Below, one piece after another: positions 63,381 through 64,000 of a stretch of 64,000 nucleotides of DNA. Source of the stretch: Eledone cirrhosa (Eukaryota); assembly GCA_964016885.1 (NCBI GenBank), contig OZ024741.1:20584001-20648000 (forward strand), in the 5' to 3' direction. How positions within the stretch are numbered: the first letter of the stretch is position 1; each line of letters begins with the position of its first letter. The position numbers were made by a program, and so were the translations under genes. Under the pieces are notes generated by a model. It had not been told where the DNA came from. It worked only from the letters and a program-made list of their open reading frames with translations, and did no database searches.

Positions 63381-63818
63381 TATATATATATTTTTTTTTT
63401 TTTTTATTTTATAGCAAACCCTTTAAAAAAAAAATTTAAATAAGTATTTAAAATTTATCTAGCATCTAAATTTAACGGATCTTTTCAGTTTTAACGTTAT
63501 CCTCATTAGCATATTTCCCTTGAGTTTTTTAACAATTCAATTCACTATCTTCACTGGACTTAGACCATTAAGTTCACATGAACATGTGTCACTATCTTAA
63601 CACCAAATATTATATTTTATCTGACGAAAGCGTACTTAAATATTGGTACCCTTGAAGTACGTATAATAACAAATATGGTTTTATAAAGATATTTTCCATT
63701 TATTATTATTAATGATACTAATGATACTTCGGATAAAATCCATTGAGTGCTTCTAATCTGTTGTAAAATTAACTTTGTTGAATAATCAACAAACCATATA
63801 ACTCATTATATATATATA

Positions 63819-64000
63819 TCATCATCATCATCATCGTTTAACGTCCATTTTCCACGCTAGCATGGGTCTGGGCGGGAATTGTCCCACTTGAGGCAAGATT
63901 GGTTGTCTTGCTCAGGACTGTCAGGCAGGTTTTCTACGGCTGGATGCCCTTCCTAACACCAACCACATTTACAGTGTGGACTGGGAGGTATTTACCGTAT
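63819..64000 (-). mobile_element. RTE subfamily B 3' tail, running off the window end
   Basis: Near-identical to 54667-54830. Confidence 0.85.

Noticed and set aside
63622-63665. CTGACGA followed by a stem (CGTACTT..AAGTACG), hammerhead-like
   Set aside because: No GAAA or stem III follows; at best a deleted relic
58007-64000. Next RPIA exon (expected D.AIDGADE motif)
   Set aside because: Not found by eye; probably lies beyond the window

Overview
Eukaryotic, AT-rich, repeat-dominated DNA. The SINE/RTE repertoire and the (TA)n/(ATG)n tracts suggest an octopus-like cephalopod (inference). The only host gene is ribose-5-phosphate isomerase A (RPIA), seen as three short + strand exons missed by the ORF track (29854-29914, 31147-31202, 57947-58006), so most or all of the window is probably intronic. 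Positions 1-27675 are a 60-bp satellite that is a tandem amplification of one end of a TTAA-flanked piggyBac-type MITE; four dispersed copies of that MITE also lie in the window, one inserted in an RPIA splice donor. The satellite carries a 5'-truncated RTE LINE with a PHD finger inside its RT region and an apparently intact full-length Tx1/L1-clade LINE. A 52-bp satellite (about 10 kb) is interrupted near its end by an 11.3-kb Buster/Charlie hAT element with an 8-bp TSD. That element contains nested cargo: a second hAT remnant, RTE pieces, and a Penelope-like GIY-YIG fragment with a degenerate hammerhead ribozyme. Several other tandem repeats are also amplified pieces of TEs. All coordinates and alignments were made by eye; no database searches were run.
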